DNA from: a bacterium | Lineage (GTDB): Bacteria; Patescibacteriota; Microgenomatia; Curtissbacterales; GWA2-41-24 | Direction: 5' to 3' | Length of the DNA: 64,000 bases | Assembly (NCBI GenBank): GCA_021813945.1 | Contig: JAKAJD010000001.1 | Span: 270,742 to 334,741 of the forward strand | Shown here: positions 8,238 through 18,125 of the stretch, piece by piece | Position numbering within the stretch: position 1 is the stretch's first letter | Layout of the letters: every line of letters starts with the position of its first letter | The notes under the pieces: model-generated | Database searches by the model: none | What the model was told of the DNA's origin: nothing | The model's input: only the letters and a program-made list of their open reading frames with translations | Translations under genes and position numbers: made by a program

Positions 8238-8343
8238 CAAATTTGTTTGGCTTCGTTCAAATAAATTTGTGATTCTGCCAGATCATACCCCTAGGTTCGC
8301 GTTTTGCTAAGCAAAACGTTTTCATCCTGTGCAAGTCACAGAT

Positions 8344-8814
8344 TTAACTGGTTTGGGTTCCTGGAAGCGGAGGTGTCCCAAATTGGTCTACGATTGCCCT
8401 TGTTAAATCCGCACCTATTTTCCCTGCGTTTATCTCACCTTGAATGGCGCCCATAATTTCTGTCATATGTCGACTGTTAACATCTCGAAGTGGAACAGCG
8501 CCTGCGCCTACGGCACCCATATTTGCTTCATATGCCAGCTTTGTGATGCCTTTTTCATCACCAAAATTAGAAGAAACAAGAAATACCGGTATCCCTTTTT
8601 CCGTTATTTCCCTAATAAGTGGGGTTAGCTTTGTCGGTACTGCGCCTGTCGCATAAGTTTCTAAAATAACCGCCTTAGGCTGTGCAGATAGAGTTGCATC
8701 GAATAAGCCTCTTGCCAAAGCTTCGTTACTTAAAGAAGGATTTACGGCAATTAAACCAAGATCCGGAAATTCAGTTGGACTTGTTTCCGTTGTTTCAATA
8801 GAATCCTCAGGCAT
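8344..8814 (-). CDS. Asparaginase/glutaminase C-terminal-domain-only protein
   Basis: KAVILETYATGAVP...GIPVFLVS...YEA...GA pattern; the N-terminal catalytic domain is absent. Confidence 0.65.
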   Translation of the reverse strand: MPEDSIETTETSPTEFPDLGLIAVNPSLSNEALARGLFDATLSAQPKAVILETYATGAVPTKLTPLIREITEKGIPVFLVSSNFGDEKGITKLAYEANMGAVGAGAVPLRDVNSRHMTEIMGAIQGEINAGKIGADLTRAIVDQFGTPPLPGTQTS

Positions 8815-8914
8815 ATAGCTATTATAGCCAATTTCCAAAATACTTTATTGTAATTACCTTTCTAAATCGCCTAATATTATTACAAACTAAAAACAAGACC
8901 GGTTAATTTAAATA

Positions 8915-10456
8915 ATGAAAAAAAGCGCAATCATCAGTAAAATTATTGAGTTTTTATTTTGGCCGGGATTAATTTTTCACCTTTATACGGCTTCTTATTA
9001 TGCCCTAAAGGGTGAACTTAACTTTCAAACTGATATTGGCCGCGACTTTTTACTTTTCGAAGAGATACTCCAGAAAAAAATCGTTCTTATTGGTGGACGC
9101 ACGAGTGCTGCAGGGCTGTTTCATGGACCCTTGTGGTCCTATATCAATTTTCCAGTTTTTTGGCTTAGTCGCGGGAACCCCGTTGCACAAGAATGGTTTT
9201 GGTTATTTCTAATTGTTCTTTTTTTATTTTTTTCTTTCCAAATATGTAAAGATCTTTTTGGAAAAACTTCAGCCTTCATTTTCGTGTTGCTTACATCTTC
9301 TTTTTTGGCTTTTTGGGCCAAAGAATTTACACATCCCCACGCGGCATTTCTTCTAATGCCGTTTTTCTTCTATACCCTTATAAAATATACGGAAAATTTC
9401 AAAATAAAATGGCTCATTTATCATGTCCTTCTTTCTGGATTCATAGTCCAGCTGGAAGTTGCAGCCGGCGGACCGTTTTTAGTACTTTCATATCTTTATA
9501 TTCTTTTCAAACAATACAAGCAAAAACACATTAATCAGGCGCTTGGCTTCCTGGTAATTCTATTACCCCTCTCGCCATACATTTTGTTTGACCTTAAACA
9601 CAATTTTTTTCAAATTAAGAATTTAATTGTCTACGTACTGCCACATCCAAAAGAACACTACGTGGGGTTATCAAATATCCTAACCGACAGGCTAAATTAT
9701 GCAACAACCTTTGCGGTTCCACTTCTTCATAACTTAGGCCAACTAAAGTTATTAAACATTTTCTTTGCCCTTGTATTTCTAATTTTGACAATTTTAAGAT
9801 TGCAAGAAAAAAAGATCGGGCGGATTTACTGGGTATTTCTTTATTTTTTCTTTGGCTATTTCATAATAAGCCTTTTAAGCCGTTATTATCTTTTGACTCA
9901 AGATTTCTTGCCATTGGTGTCAGTCGTTTTTATGATTTTTGCGTCACTTTCCCAACCTAAATTTGCAAAAACATTTTTGGTCATGTTTCTAGTTGTTTAT
10001 ACTCTTAACATTTACGCCGGGACAAGATATCTAAGCGAATCAAAAAAAACAATGTCTTCCAGCCTAACATCCTGGAGGATTCTATCAAAAATATCCCAAG
10101 ACACATTTAGCGGCCCCGAAAACGAATTTGGATATTTTGTATATTCCCCAGACAAGCTGTCTTATTCGGCAAAGTATGCTCTTGTTTATGGAAGCTTAAA
10201 CAGCAGAAAAAAAGCTTATTATTTTGAAAAAAAACCCGTAACTTATGTCATAAGTGAAGCACCGGCTTACAACGATCCATGGGCAAAAAACTTCACCGAT
10301 GTCTGGTGGATCAAAAACTCAATAAAAATTAAGCCGGAGCCAGAACTTATCATTCATTACAAAAACGGCTACGAGCTAAAAAAATATAATTTAACTCCAG
10401 ACGAGATCAATATACCCTGGGACAAGCAGGAAGACACAGGCCTTCATTTCAGATAG
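8915..10456 (+). CDS. ArnT/PMT-family (GT-C) membrane glycosyltransferase
   Basis: FQTDIGRD and GLFHGPLW motifs; paralog of 284-1783. Confidence 0.75.
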   Translation: MKKSAIISKIIEFLFWPGLIFHLYTASYYALKGELNFQTDIGRDFLLFEEILQKKIVLIGGRTSAAGLFHGPLWSYINFPVFWLSRGNPVAQEWFWLFLIVLFLFFSFQICKDLFGKTSAFIFVLLTSSFLAFWAKEFTHPHAAFLLMPFFFYTLIKYTENFKIKWLIYHVLLSGFIVQLEVAAGGPFLVLSYLYILFKQYKQKHINQALGFLVILLPLSPYILFDLKHNFFQIKNLIVYVLPHPKEHYVGLSNILTDRLNYATTFAVPLLHNLGQLKLLNIFFALVFLILTILRLQEKKIGRIYWVFLYFFFGYFIISLLSRYYLLTQDFLPLVSVVFMIFASLSQPKFAKTFLVMFLVVYTLNIYAGTRYLSESKKTMSSSLTSWRILSKISQDTFSGPENEFGYFVYSPDKLSYSAKYALVYGSLNSRKKAYYFEKKPVTYVISEAPAYNDPWAKNFTDVWWIKNSIKIKPEPELIIHYKNGYELKKYNLTPDEINIPWDKQEDTGLHFR

Positions 10457-10496
10457 TTTATTGAAACTTGGCCTCTTAATCGCCTAACATTATATT

Positions 10497-11093
10497 ATGG
10501 AAGGACAGCAGGCAGCCGGTTTTCGCTTTAAAAAATTTCTGTTCAATCGGGCCCTTCGAATTCTACTTATCACCAACGGACTAATCCTTCTGGCAAGCGC
10601 CATGTTAGGTCCAATCTATGCCTTATATGTGCAAAAGGTTGGGGGAGATCTTTTGGATGCAAGCTTGGCAGGAAGTATTTTTGCCTTCATTGCCGGCTTA
10701 ACGGTTCTTCTTTCCGGCAAATATTCAGACAAGTTGCCTCAAAAGAAACTTGTTGTAGTCATGGGTTATATCATAATCGGTCTCGGTTTTTTACTCTACA
10801 CAAAGGTCAACTCAATAAAATTTTTGCTTTTAGTCCAAGTAATCATCGGTTTTGGCGATGCAATCTATAACGCACCTTTTGACGCTCTATATTCCGAACA
10901 TCTGGACGAAGGAAAAGATGGAACCGAATGGGGGACTTGGGAGGCCATGAACTACTTTGCAACCGCGGCCGGAGCCTTAATTGGGGGAGTCTTGGTCACC
11001 AAATTCGGCTTTACCCCTCTTTTTGTAATAATGGCCATAATGTGCTTTTCAAGCGCTTTTTACGTCTATTTTCTGCCTAAACGCATTCTTTAA
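10497..11093 (+). CDS. Half-size (about 6 TM) MFS-type transporter
   Basis: GKYSDK..KK MFS motif A; only 198 aa. Confidence 0.75.
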   Translation: MEGQQAAGFRFKKFLFNRALRILLITNGLILLASAMLGPIYALYVQKVGGDLLDASLAGSIFAFIAGLTVLLSGKYSDKLPQKKLVVVMGYIIIGLGFLLYTKVNSIKFLLLVQVIIGFGDAIYNAPFDALYSEHLDEGKDGTEWGTWEAMNYFATAAGALIGGVLVTKFGFTPLFVIMAIMCFSSAFYVYFLPKRIL

Positions 11094-11104
11094 CTCACAT
11101 AACC

Positions 11105-11176
11105 TTGCGCAAACCTTCCTTTATGTGGTATTATCAAAATCTGCTCGTTTTTTGTGATAAATCACAAAAAAATGAG
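11105..11176 (+). promoter_or_regulatory. Putative sigma70 promoter followed by a long leader hairpin
   Basis: TTGCGC-N18-TATTAT, then CTCGTTTTTTGTGAT-AA-ATCACAAAAAAATGAG. Confidence 0.45.
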
Positions 11177-11214
11177 GACCCAAACAATTAACCGTTTGGG
11201 ATTTTATTTTTAAA

Positions 11215-11646
11215 ATGTCAGAACGCGAACTAAGCACAGGTCAAGTAGATCAAGGTCCATATCGTGGACATTACCGCATGCAAACACGAATGCCCGATGG
11301 AAGCACTAGGCATTCCGTCTTGTTGGGCAATTCAGGGAATGGTACGCCAGAATCCGGTTCCGCCGAAGAGCTAAGACGCATTGTGGAAAGATACCGACTA
11401 ATTGGAATTGAAGTCCACATCGAAAACGAAGCTGACATGGCCCGAACCACCAGGCGAGATGGGGTGGGATTCAAAGAAAAACCTCCTGCAGAAGCAGGAA
11501 GATATAGTGTCTGGGCAGTAGAATCTCAAGCAACTTTGGCACATCTTGAATGGTTAAAAATTAATCGACATACGAGATCCCCTAGAATAGAACATCCAGC
11601 ACAAAATGTATTCAAAATGCAAAGACATTCGCGTTCACAGATCTAA
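11215..11646 (+). CDS. Hypothetical protein
   Basis: 143-aa ORF with its own promoter. Confidence 0.55.
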   Translation: MSERELSTGQVDQGPYRGHYRMQTRMPDGSTRHSVLLGNSGNGTPESGSAEELRRIVERYRLIGIEVHIENEADMARTTRRDGVGFKEKPPAEAGRYSVWAVESQATLAHLEWLKINRHTRSPRIEHPAQNVFKMQRHSRSQI

Positions 11647-12585
11647 AGCTGGATGAGAAACTTTTATCCCGTATTTGGCAAAGCCGTAATCTAAAAGCTC
11701 TTTCATTTCGCCTCTGCGGTTATCACTTCCAAGAATCACACCCAAAAGCTTAACCCCTTTGTTCTCTGCATATGTGGCCAGACACAAGCCGGCTTCCCAG
11801 GTAAATCCGGGTTTTATGCCTTTTACTCCGGGATACGTAGTCAATAAATTTGTTTCGTTATAAAGGTCAAAAGCTTTATGGGTATCTGTTGCATCAATTG
11901 CATAGTGTTCTGTTGAGACAACCTGCCTAAATTTTTCGAAATTTTGCATAGCATAATGGGAAAGCACCGCAAGGTCATAAGCTGTTGAATAGGGGTTCCT
12001 GCCGTCTTCGTCTAAACCGGAAGCATTGATAAAGCGGGTATCACTCATCCCCAGTAGGCGTGCCTTTTCATTCATTTTAGAAACAAAGGCATCTTCCGAC
12101 CCCGAAACTCCCTCCGCGATAGTCACTGCCGCGTCGTTTCCAGATGGAAGCATCAATCCATACAAAAGCTCATCTACTGCCAACTTTTCTCCTGCGCTAA
12201 GCCCCATACTGTCCTCGCCAACAGTTGCTGCTTTTTGGGAAACTTCAAAAACCGCATCATCTTTAGACGAAGAAAGCGCAACAAGAGCCGTCATAATCTT
12301 GGTTAGCGAAGCAATGGGCGCACGGCTCTGGATATTTTTAGCATAAACTATTTCACCAGTGTCAAAATTTACCAAAATCGCCGAATTTGCACTCAGATTT
12401 AATGGTGAATCGGCCCTAAAGTTAAACGTAGACTTTTTAGGAAACCAGTTGTTGGTTAACTGGGTAGAACTTGCGCCAAACACTTTAGGGATTGGAGAGG
12501 TGAAAGAAAAATCAGAACCTTTATAAAAGTAAAAAGCCGCTAATATACCGGCCAATAACAAAAAAAAGGCAAAAATCCTACCCAT
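11635..12585 (-). CDS. D-alanyl-D-alanine carboxypeptidase (peptidase S11, DacA-like)
   Basis: ASLTK (SxxK), SGN, and KPG in place of KTG. Confidence 0.9.
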   Translation of the reverse strand: MGRIFAFFLLLAGILAAFYFYKGSDFSFTSPIPKVFGASSTQLTNNWFPKKSTFNFRADSPLNLSANSAILVNFDTGEIVYAKNIQSRAPIASLTKIMTALVALSSSKDDAVFEVSQKAATVGEDSMGLSAGEKLAVDELLYGLMLPSGNDAAVTIAEGVSGSEDAFVSKMNEKARLLGMSDTRFINASGLDEDGRNPYSTAYDLAVLSHYAMQNFEKFRQVVSTEHYAIDATDTHKAFDLYNETNLLTTYPGVKGIKPGFTWEAGLCLATYAENKGVKLLGVILGSDNRRGEMKELLDYGFAKYGIKVSHPALDL

Positions 12586-12599
12586 AACTCTATTTTACT

Positions 12600-13868
12600 T
12601 TAGGCGTTGGGGTTTATCAAAAAGCCTTTCATGTCTTCTCTGCCAATGATCACCTTATACATCATATGTGATCGTTCCGTCACAGTCGCCACGGTTTTAA
12701 CCTTTTTTCCCGCGATCATATATTGTAGGTTGACAGCACTTCTTAGCTGCTCTCCATTTGCGGCCCGAATCAAAATTTTATGCGGCAAAATCGGCAGTTT
12801 CAAATCACGAACAATTGACCAGTCAATTGCCGTTCTTAAGGCACCCGAATCGACTTTGGCATCGTAAGTCTTGTTACCATATTCCCCCAAAATCGTAATT
12901 GGCTCAACCAAAGAAAGCATGGTTGGCGAAACTCCAACTTTTTCTAGGTTCTCCTCAGCAAAAAGCGATTGTGAAAGTTCAACTCCGCGGTCGATATTGG
13001 CAACATTGATGTTTTCTACCCGCTCGAGTCTGGACCTGAGCGAATCCAAATTTGCATTTTGAATTTCAAGGCCAGGCCGGGCATTTATTTCCAAAACCAA
13101 AGGACCCCGGTTTGCATCTAATACTATATCCACACCGCAATAACCTAAGCCTTCGATAACGTCTTGCGCCTTAGCTGCAAGCCTAAGCATGTTTGCCCAA
13201 TTTGGAAGTTTTATTCCACGCGTCTTAATTCCAGTTCCAGGTATCTTTTTAACCTCTTTTCCTTTCAAAACAGCATGCTTTGTGATACCAGTTCGAAGAT
13301 CAATCCCGACACCTATTGCACCTAAGTGCAAATTGGCGGTTCCCCGTGATTCAACAGTGGGAATTCGAAGCATAGCCATAACAGGAATTCTTCTAAGCAA
13401 AACGACACGTATATCAGCAAGCCCCACGGCCACGAATTTTTTGAAAAACTTGTCCTGTACAACTCTTTCTTCTAGATATGCCTTATCCGGCAAATCCTGT
13501 AACGAATAAACCCCCTCAAAAATGTCAAAGATATGCGATTCCAACTCGTCCTTCGTGTAAATTTCTCCCGATACTGTTGTTCCCATATCCTTTTTCCAAC
13601 TGCGAAAAACCAGTATCCCTTCACCGCCATAACCTCTTGCCGGCTTAACTACAAAACCTTCCTCCGGAAGCTTCCAATCGAATGATCTAATTGCCGAACG
13701 TGTGTTAAAGGCTTTTATAAGCCGTGTTGTTGCTATACCGTCTTTTATAAGAAGCCTTTTAGTTCTAAGTTTGTTGTCTGCCGCTTTTTTGGCAACGCTT
13801 GTGTTATAGCGCCGGACATATAAAAAATTGCGGGCATTCATGCCCAAGGCGCCTCTACTTACTGCCAT
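12600..13868 (-). CDS. Alpha-L-glutamate ligase-like ATP-grasp protein fused to a C-terminal retropepsin-like protease domain
   Basis: LGMNARN, VKP..G.GG.GI, ANLH.G and LEINARPGL motifs; C-terminal AKVDSGA. Confidence 0.85.
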   Translation of the reverse strand: MAVSRGALGMNARNFLYVRRYNTSVAKKAADNKLRTKRLLIKDGIATTRLIKAFNTRSAIRSFDWKLPEEGFVVKPARGYGGEGILVFRSWKKDMGTTVSGEIYTKDELESHIFDIFEGVYSLQDLPDKAYLEERVVQDKFFKKFVAVGLADIRVVLLRRIPVMAMLRIPTVESRGTANLHLGAIGVGIDLRTGITKHAVLKGKEVKKIPGTGIKTRGIKLPNWANMLRLAAKAQDVIEGLGYCGVDIVLDANRGPLVLEINARPGLEIQNANLDSLRSRLERVENINVANIDRGVELSQSLFAEENLEKVGVSPTMLSLVEPITILGEYGNKTYDAKVDSGALRTAIDWSIVRDLKLPILPHKILIRAANGEQLRSAVNLQYMIAGKKVKTVATVTERSHMMYKVIIGREDMKGFLINPNA

Positions 13869-14784
13869 TTTTCCTAACCTGAGAAAAACGAACAAATTCC
13901 GTCAGTCTCAATCCGAAATATCTTCCTATAAGAAGGTTTACAGGAATAAGAAGAAGGATAAATTCCGGATAGAGAAGTACGCCATGGCTTAGCTTTGTTG
14001 ACGTCAAAATCAAAAAGCCGGTAATACCCAAAATCAAAGTTACAGATGTAATAAAAACGGTCTCTCTTAAGCTGCGCGCAAGTTGAAGCGACATTATCCG
14101 CTCGCCTAAAAGCACCAAAATCAAAATCGGAAAAATTGAAATCTGCTTTACAACCAAAATTCCGGAGGCCGCAGAAACAGTCAAAGTCAAAAAGACAAAG
14201 ATTGCAACAATAAGAACAGAAAGAGCTTTCTTGGGAACCTGCATAATTCTAACGCTTTTTAAAATAATGCGGCCTATTACGGAAGCTAAAATAATAGAAA
14301 ACAATAAAATTCCACCGGCAGTAAGCCCTGTTGAAACCAACGTCACCGAAAGCGCAATGGGAACTATCATATCCAAACTTGGCAAACCGATGAGATGCCT
14401 GAAGAAGGCCACAATCGTTGCCAAAACTGGCAGCAGAAGAATCAGCATCACGGTATTGGCGGGAATGCCAACTTGCACTGCGTATTGAACCGTGAAGGCA
14501 ATAAAGTTGAAAGGGGAAAGCCGCGAAATAGGCCTTTTTTCAAAAAGTTTTGCAAAATCTTCCGAAGATTCCTGTGGGTTTGTAATATCCATCGGTTTTA
14601 TCTGGTCAACAGGTAGCCCAAAAGCACTGGCGGATGCTTCAGGCGTTGGTTGATTCGAGACAGTAAGTCCCGAAGGGCTCGGGCTAGAACTCACAACTGC
14701 TGTGCTCAATGCGTACGCAGGTCTCAAGGCAAGGTAAAAAAGAACCGTTACCGCAAAAAAAGCAACAATTTTTTTCAATCTCAT
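13855..14784 (-). CDS. 7TM membrane protein of the type associated with inactive transglutaminases and ATP-grasp ligases
   Basis: LLLP..AT...F.RH.IG, FP..IL and GRY.GLRLTE..RF motifs; adjacent to the ATP-grasp gene. Confidence 0.8.
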   Translation of the reverse strand: MRLKKIVAFFAVTVLFYLALRPAYALSTAVVSSSPSPSGLTVSNQPTPEASASAFGLPVDQIKPMDITNPQESSEDFAKLFEKRPISRLSPFNFIAFTVQYAVQVGIPANTVMLILLLPVLATIVAFFRHLIGLPSLDMIVPIALSVTLVSTGLTAGGILLFSIILASVIGRIILKSVRIMQVPKKALSVLIVAIFVFLTLTVSAASGILVVKQISIFPILILVLLGERIMSLQLARSLRETVFITSVTLILGITGFLILTSTKLSHGVLLYPEFILLLIPVNLLIGRYFGLRLTEFVRFSQVRKNGSK

Positions 14785-14809
14785 TTGCCAAAGTATATCA
14801 AAAAACAGT

Positions 14810-15898
14810 CTAAATCTCCTCAGTCCTGCGGTAAAGGATTTTTGAATGGGAAAAAGAAGCAATTGTCAAGGAAATCTTAGCAAGATAATCTGAAACAGCC
14901 AAAACCAAAACAAAAAGCACAAAAGTCCAGACAAGCGAAAGCGGATGTATATACGTTGAAAAAACCCTCAGAACCAAAGTGTGTGCCAGATATGTTACAT
15001 ACGATCTTTGCCCCACCCTTACCAGGCCGTCATGGATTCTTTTTGGAAGATGCCTAAAGTAATCAAGGCCAGACATGAACGTTAAGAGTGAAAGTCCCGC
15101 ATAAGACAAAACAACAAGTCTCGTTGATCTTGTAGCTACAGTTAAATTAGAAAGTACACTAGCTAATCTGAACGTGTTTTGGGCTTCCAAAATTAACCCT
15201 AAAACAGCCAAAGAAAATATTACCCAAAAATATTTTTTTAAATTCGCAATTACTTTAGTTTCCACCGCCAAATAAATACCCAAAACAAAATAGAAAATCC
15301 AAGTGCCAAAAAATAAATATTGCTGTTGGTCATTCAAAAAAATCGGCAATTTTATGTTTCCTTGCGAGAACTGGGATAAAACATAATAAAATGCCGTCTG
15401 CCACAAGATAATCAAAATTAGAGTTACATTAGCCTGTTTTTTGATAAAAAACATTAAAAAGGGAAAGATCAAATATAGCGAAAATATCATCGGCACAAAG
15501 TACAAGTGGTAATCAGCTTTTCCTAAAAAGATAACTTTCCACAGTGGAAAATAAGGTGCCGATTGGCCGAAAACGCTGAGCCTTATGTAAAAATAAACAG
15601 CGGCCGACCAAAAAAAATACCACGGTAAAAGGCGAAGCAGCCTTTTTTTAAAAAACTCGAAGGCGGAAATCGGCCTGTTTTTATACCTCAAAGTCAGCGT
15701 ATATCCCGAAAGAAAAACAAAAAGGGGAACAGAGAAGCGGCTAAACTGGTCTAAAACAATATATATCTTAAAAAGTAGAGAGCTCCAAGGTAAATTGTAT
15801 AAAGCGCCGCTTATAGTGTGGATTAAAACAACCGCAATTATTGCAAAGGCCCTTAAAATATCAAGGCCGGATATTCTTTCACTTTCCGGCTTTTGCAT
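14810..15898 (-). CDS. Acyltransferase family 3 membrane protein
   Basis: LDILRAFAI..V...H, VPLFVFLSGY and YHLYF motifs. Confidence 0.9.
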   Translation of the reverse strand: MQKPESERISGLDILRAFAIIAVVLIHTISGALYNLPWSSLLFKIYIVLDQFSRFSVPLFVFLSGYTLTLRYKNRPISAFEFFKKRLLRLLPWYFFWSAAVYFYIRLSVFGQSAPYFPLWKVIFLGKADYHLYFVPMIFSLYLIFPFLMFFIKKQANVTLILIILWQTAFYYVLSQFSQGNIKLPIFLNDQQQYLFFGTWIFYFVLGIYLAVETKVIANLKKYFWVIFSLAVLGLILEAQNTFRLASVLSNLTVATRSTRLVVLSYAGLSLLTFMSGLDYFRHLPKRIHDGLVRVGQRSYVTYLAHTLVLRVFSTYIHPLSLVWTFVLFVLVLAVSDYLAKISLTIASFSHSKILYRRTEEI

Positions 15899-16208
15899 CA
15901 GAAAGGTCCTGTTTAAGATCCCGTTTTAAAGTTTCGGAGACGTTTTTTATCTTATCTTCTATTTTTTCGATATTTTTGACCAAGTGGTTCCATGTACGCT
16001 CATTTGTATCGTAATTTACATTTGCCAAAAATACTTTCTTCTCACGGTCGGAAAGTTCCGAAAGTACGGCCTCAAGTATTGTTTGGTGAAGCTCATACCT
16101 TGCCATGTCAGCAAGCTTTTTCTTTTCTATGTCTGATACATCTAATGCGTCGATTTCAGCTTCAATCCATTCCAAATCCAAAATTTCGTGGTAAAAGTAT
16201 TTTTTCAT
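15879..16208 (-). CDS. Hypothetical helical protein
   Basis: Part of an operon-like run on the minus strand. Confidence 0.65.
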   Translation of the reverse strand: MKKYFYHEILDLEWIEAEIDALDVSDIEKKKLADMARYELHQTILEAVLSELSDREKKVFLANVNYDTNERTWNHLVKNIEKIEDKIKNVSETLKRDLKQDLSDAKAGK

Positions 16209-17096
16209 CTATATTGGTCCAAGTGGAATTGTATCATTTGGGTCGTCAATAAAATAATATAAAACAGCTCCTTTGCGCATGCCGTGCTGCAAACCCAAAT
16301 AGGCCATTACTTCGGGTGATCCGCCTAAATGCTTTCCCGTCCACTGCGCAGGCCCTGCATCAGCGATATCGGTTACAACCGCCTGTCCTGTTTTGGGATT
16401 TACAACAAGCATTTTGCGGTATTTAAAAAATTGGCTCATTTCGCGGGTATTTGTTAGATACCCCGGAGCGTCAAAAGTTTGAACAGCAATGTACCATTTT
16501 TCACGATCTGCATCTTTCTGAGTAAATAGCAACTGGGAAGGTGCAAAATAACCCCAGGCGCCTAAACCCGGAGCCATTCCTGAGGGGTAAAACAGTCGGT
16601 TATCATTGGCGTCAGGCCCTAAATGCCCACCCATGCCATCACCCGGATATCTGGCCAAATGCTGTTCTGCTCCGATATAACCGTAGCTTCTGTTAAGCCT
16701 TTTACCGTCAAGACTTGCGGAAACACTCATTTGAAATTGGTCTGAAAGTATTTTCCCAATAGATTCTTCTTCCACAGGCGTAAGCGGACGCATTTCATTG
16801 GGAAGCACTGATTTTAATGCAGAAGAAAATTCCGGAGTTTTGTTAGATGCTATAACCTCCTTGGGCTTGGCAAGCTCTGTTGAAATAGTACCAGCCTCCG
16901 CAGTAGTACCTGGGAGGGTATTTGCAAGCATTAACGCACCCACAGCTCCGGAAGCCAGTTTTTCTTTAGCCGGAATTTTTTCACCGATCCATACTAACGC
17001 GTCCTTGTGCTTAGTCCAAAGCTTTTCGTTGATAGCTTTATGGCGCTTCTGCCACTTTTTCGAAAGAGTTAAGTATTTCTTTGAAGATTTGGGCAC
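16209..17096 (-). CDS. Protein with a C-terminal RlpA-like double-psi beta-barrel (possible peptidoglycan enzyme)
   Basis: VVNPKTGQAVVTDIADAGP...SPEVMAYLG resembles the RlpA V.N...G..V.V...DRGP...S..A...LG pattern. Confidence 0.55.
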   Translation of the reverse strand: MPKSSKKYLTLSKKWQKRHKAINEKLWTKHKDALVWIGEKIPAKEKLASGAVGALMLANTLPGTTAEAGTISTELAKPKEVIASNKTPEFSSALKSVLPNEMRPLTPVEEESIGKILSDQFQMSVSASLDGKRLNRSYGYIGAEQHLARYPGDGMGGHLGPDANDNRLFYPSGMAPGLGAWGYFAPSQLLFTQKDADREKWYIAVQTFDAPGYLTNTREMSQFFKYRKMLVVNPKTGQAVVTDIADAGPAQWTGKHLGGSPEVMAYLGLQHGMRKGAVLYYFIDDPNDTIPLGPI

Positions 17097-17143
17097 AACC
17101 TAGTATATACAAAAACATTTATTAAATACTAGGAAATTAGAGT

Positions 17144-17374
17144 TCAGTCAGCCTTGTTTTCTTCACCTGCTTGATGCACTACATTTGCCTCAAACACAGA
17201 TGATACTCCACGCCGGCCGTTTGACCTGGCTATTGACCTACTCAAACCTTCGGCAAGGCTTCTTGTAATAGATACCTGCCCGCTCGGTACATTTCCTTCA
17301 CTCTCCCAGTCTCCAACAGCGAACTGAGACTGAGTGTCATACTCAGGAACATAACCATCTCTTTCGTTATGCAT
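17144..17374 (-). CDS. Small hypothetical protein
   Basis: Isolated 76-aa ORF. Confidence 0.4.
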   Translation of the reverse strand: MHNERDGYVPEYDTQSQFAVGDWESEGNVPSGQVSITRSLAEGLSRSIARSNGRRGVSSVFEANVVHQAGEENKAD

Positions 17375-17460
17375 ATTACGGGTAATTTAAAACAATTGAA
17401 ACTTATGGTCAAATTTTCACACTATTTGTACAATTTACGATAATTTGTTAAGATTCCAAC

Positions 17461-18111
17461 ATGATAACAGTCCCGCAAGCAGTCGAAAAAATTATCAACC
17501 GCTCGAGATATCTCTCGGAAGCTCTCTCAAAAGACCTCATAAACACCACTTCTCTTGCTCGCTACATTAAAGTGGAAGTTGAAGAACTAACTTTTAAATC
17601 CGTGACTATTGGATCTGTCGCAATCGCCATAAAAAGACTGCAAAAAACCTACAAAAAAGGCTACAAAAAGATAACCGTATTCGCGGAAGCTCCGGATATG
17701 ATAGTACGGTCTAATCTTACCCTGATCTACGTCAAAAACTCCGACAATCTTCTATCCGAACTTTCAAAAGTGGAAGCCGACAGCCAAACCTTCAAAAAGA
17801 AGGCCTTATTCACGTATGGCCGCGTAGAAACAGTAATTCTTACAAACAAAATCAACCTAGAAGGAATTAAGGCTATCTTAAAAGATGAGGAGCTATCACA
17901 ATGCTTTCCAAACGTCTCATCTATAACAATCCATCTTCCCAAAGAATCCGTCAAAAATTCGGGGATTTTTTACTTTTTCATAAAATCTCTGGCCTGGGAG
18001 GGGGTGAACATTCTGGACATGCTCTCGACAGAAACGGAGCTGACCTTAGTCTTTGAACCCCAAGACACCAACACCGCCTTCGCAATCCTGCGTTCTCTTT
18101 TTGAAGAATAA
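17461..18111 (+). CDS. ACT-domain protein resembling an aspartate kinase regulatory region
   Basis: N-terminal LIN..SLARYI helix; C-terminal GI......LAWEGVNI...ST.TELT ACT motif. Confidence 0.75.
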   Translation: MITVPQAVEKIINRSRYLSEALSKDLINTTSLARYIKVEVEELTFKSVTIGSVAIAIKRLQKTYKKGYKKITVFAEAPDMIVRSNLTLIYVKNSDNLLSELSKVEADSQTFKKKALFTYGRVETVILTNKINLEGIKAILKDEELSQCFPNVSSITIHLPKESVKNSGIFYFFIKSLAWEGVNILDMLSTETELTLVFEPQDTNTAFAILRSLFEE

Positions 18112-18125
18112 GCTAAAATAAACGC

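Noticed and set aside
11151-11168. CRP/Rex-like operator TGTGA...TCACA
   Set aside because: The half-site spacing is 4 nt rather than 6; it is better explained as part of a leader hairpin
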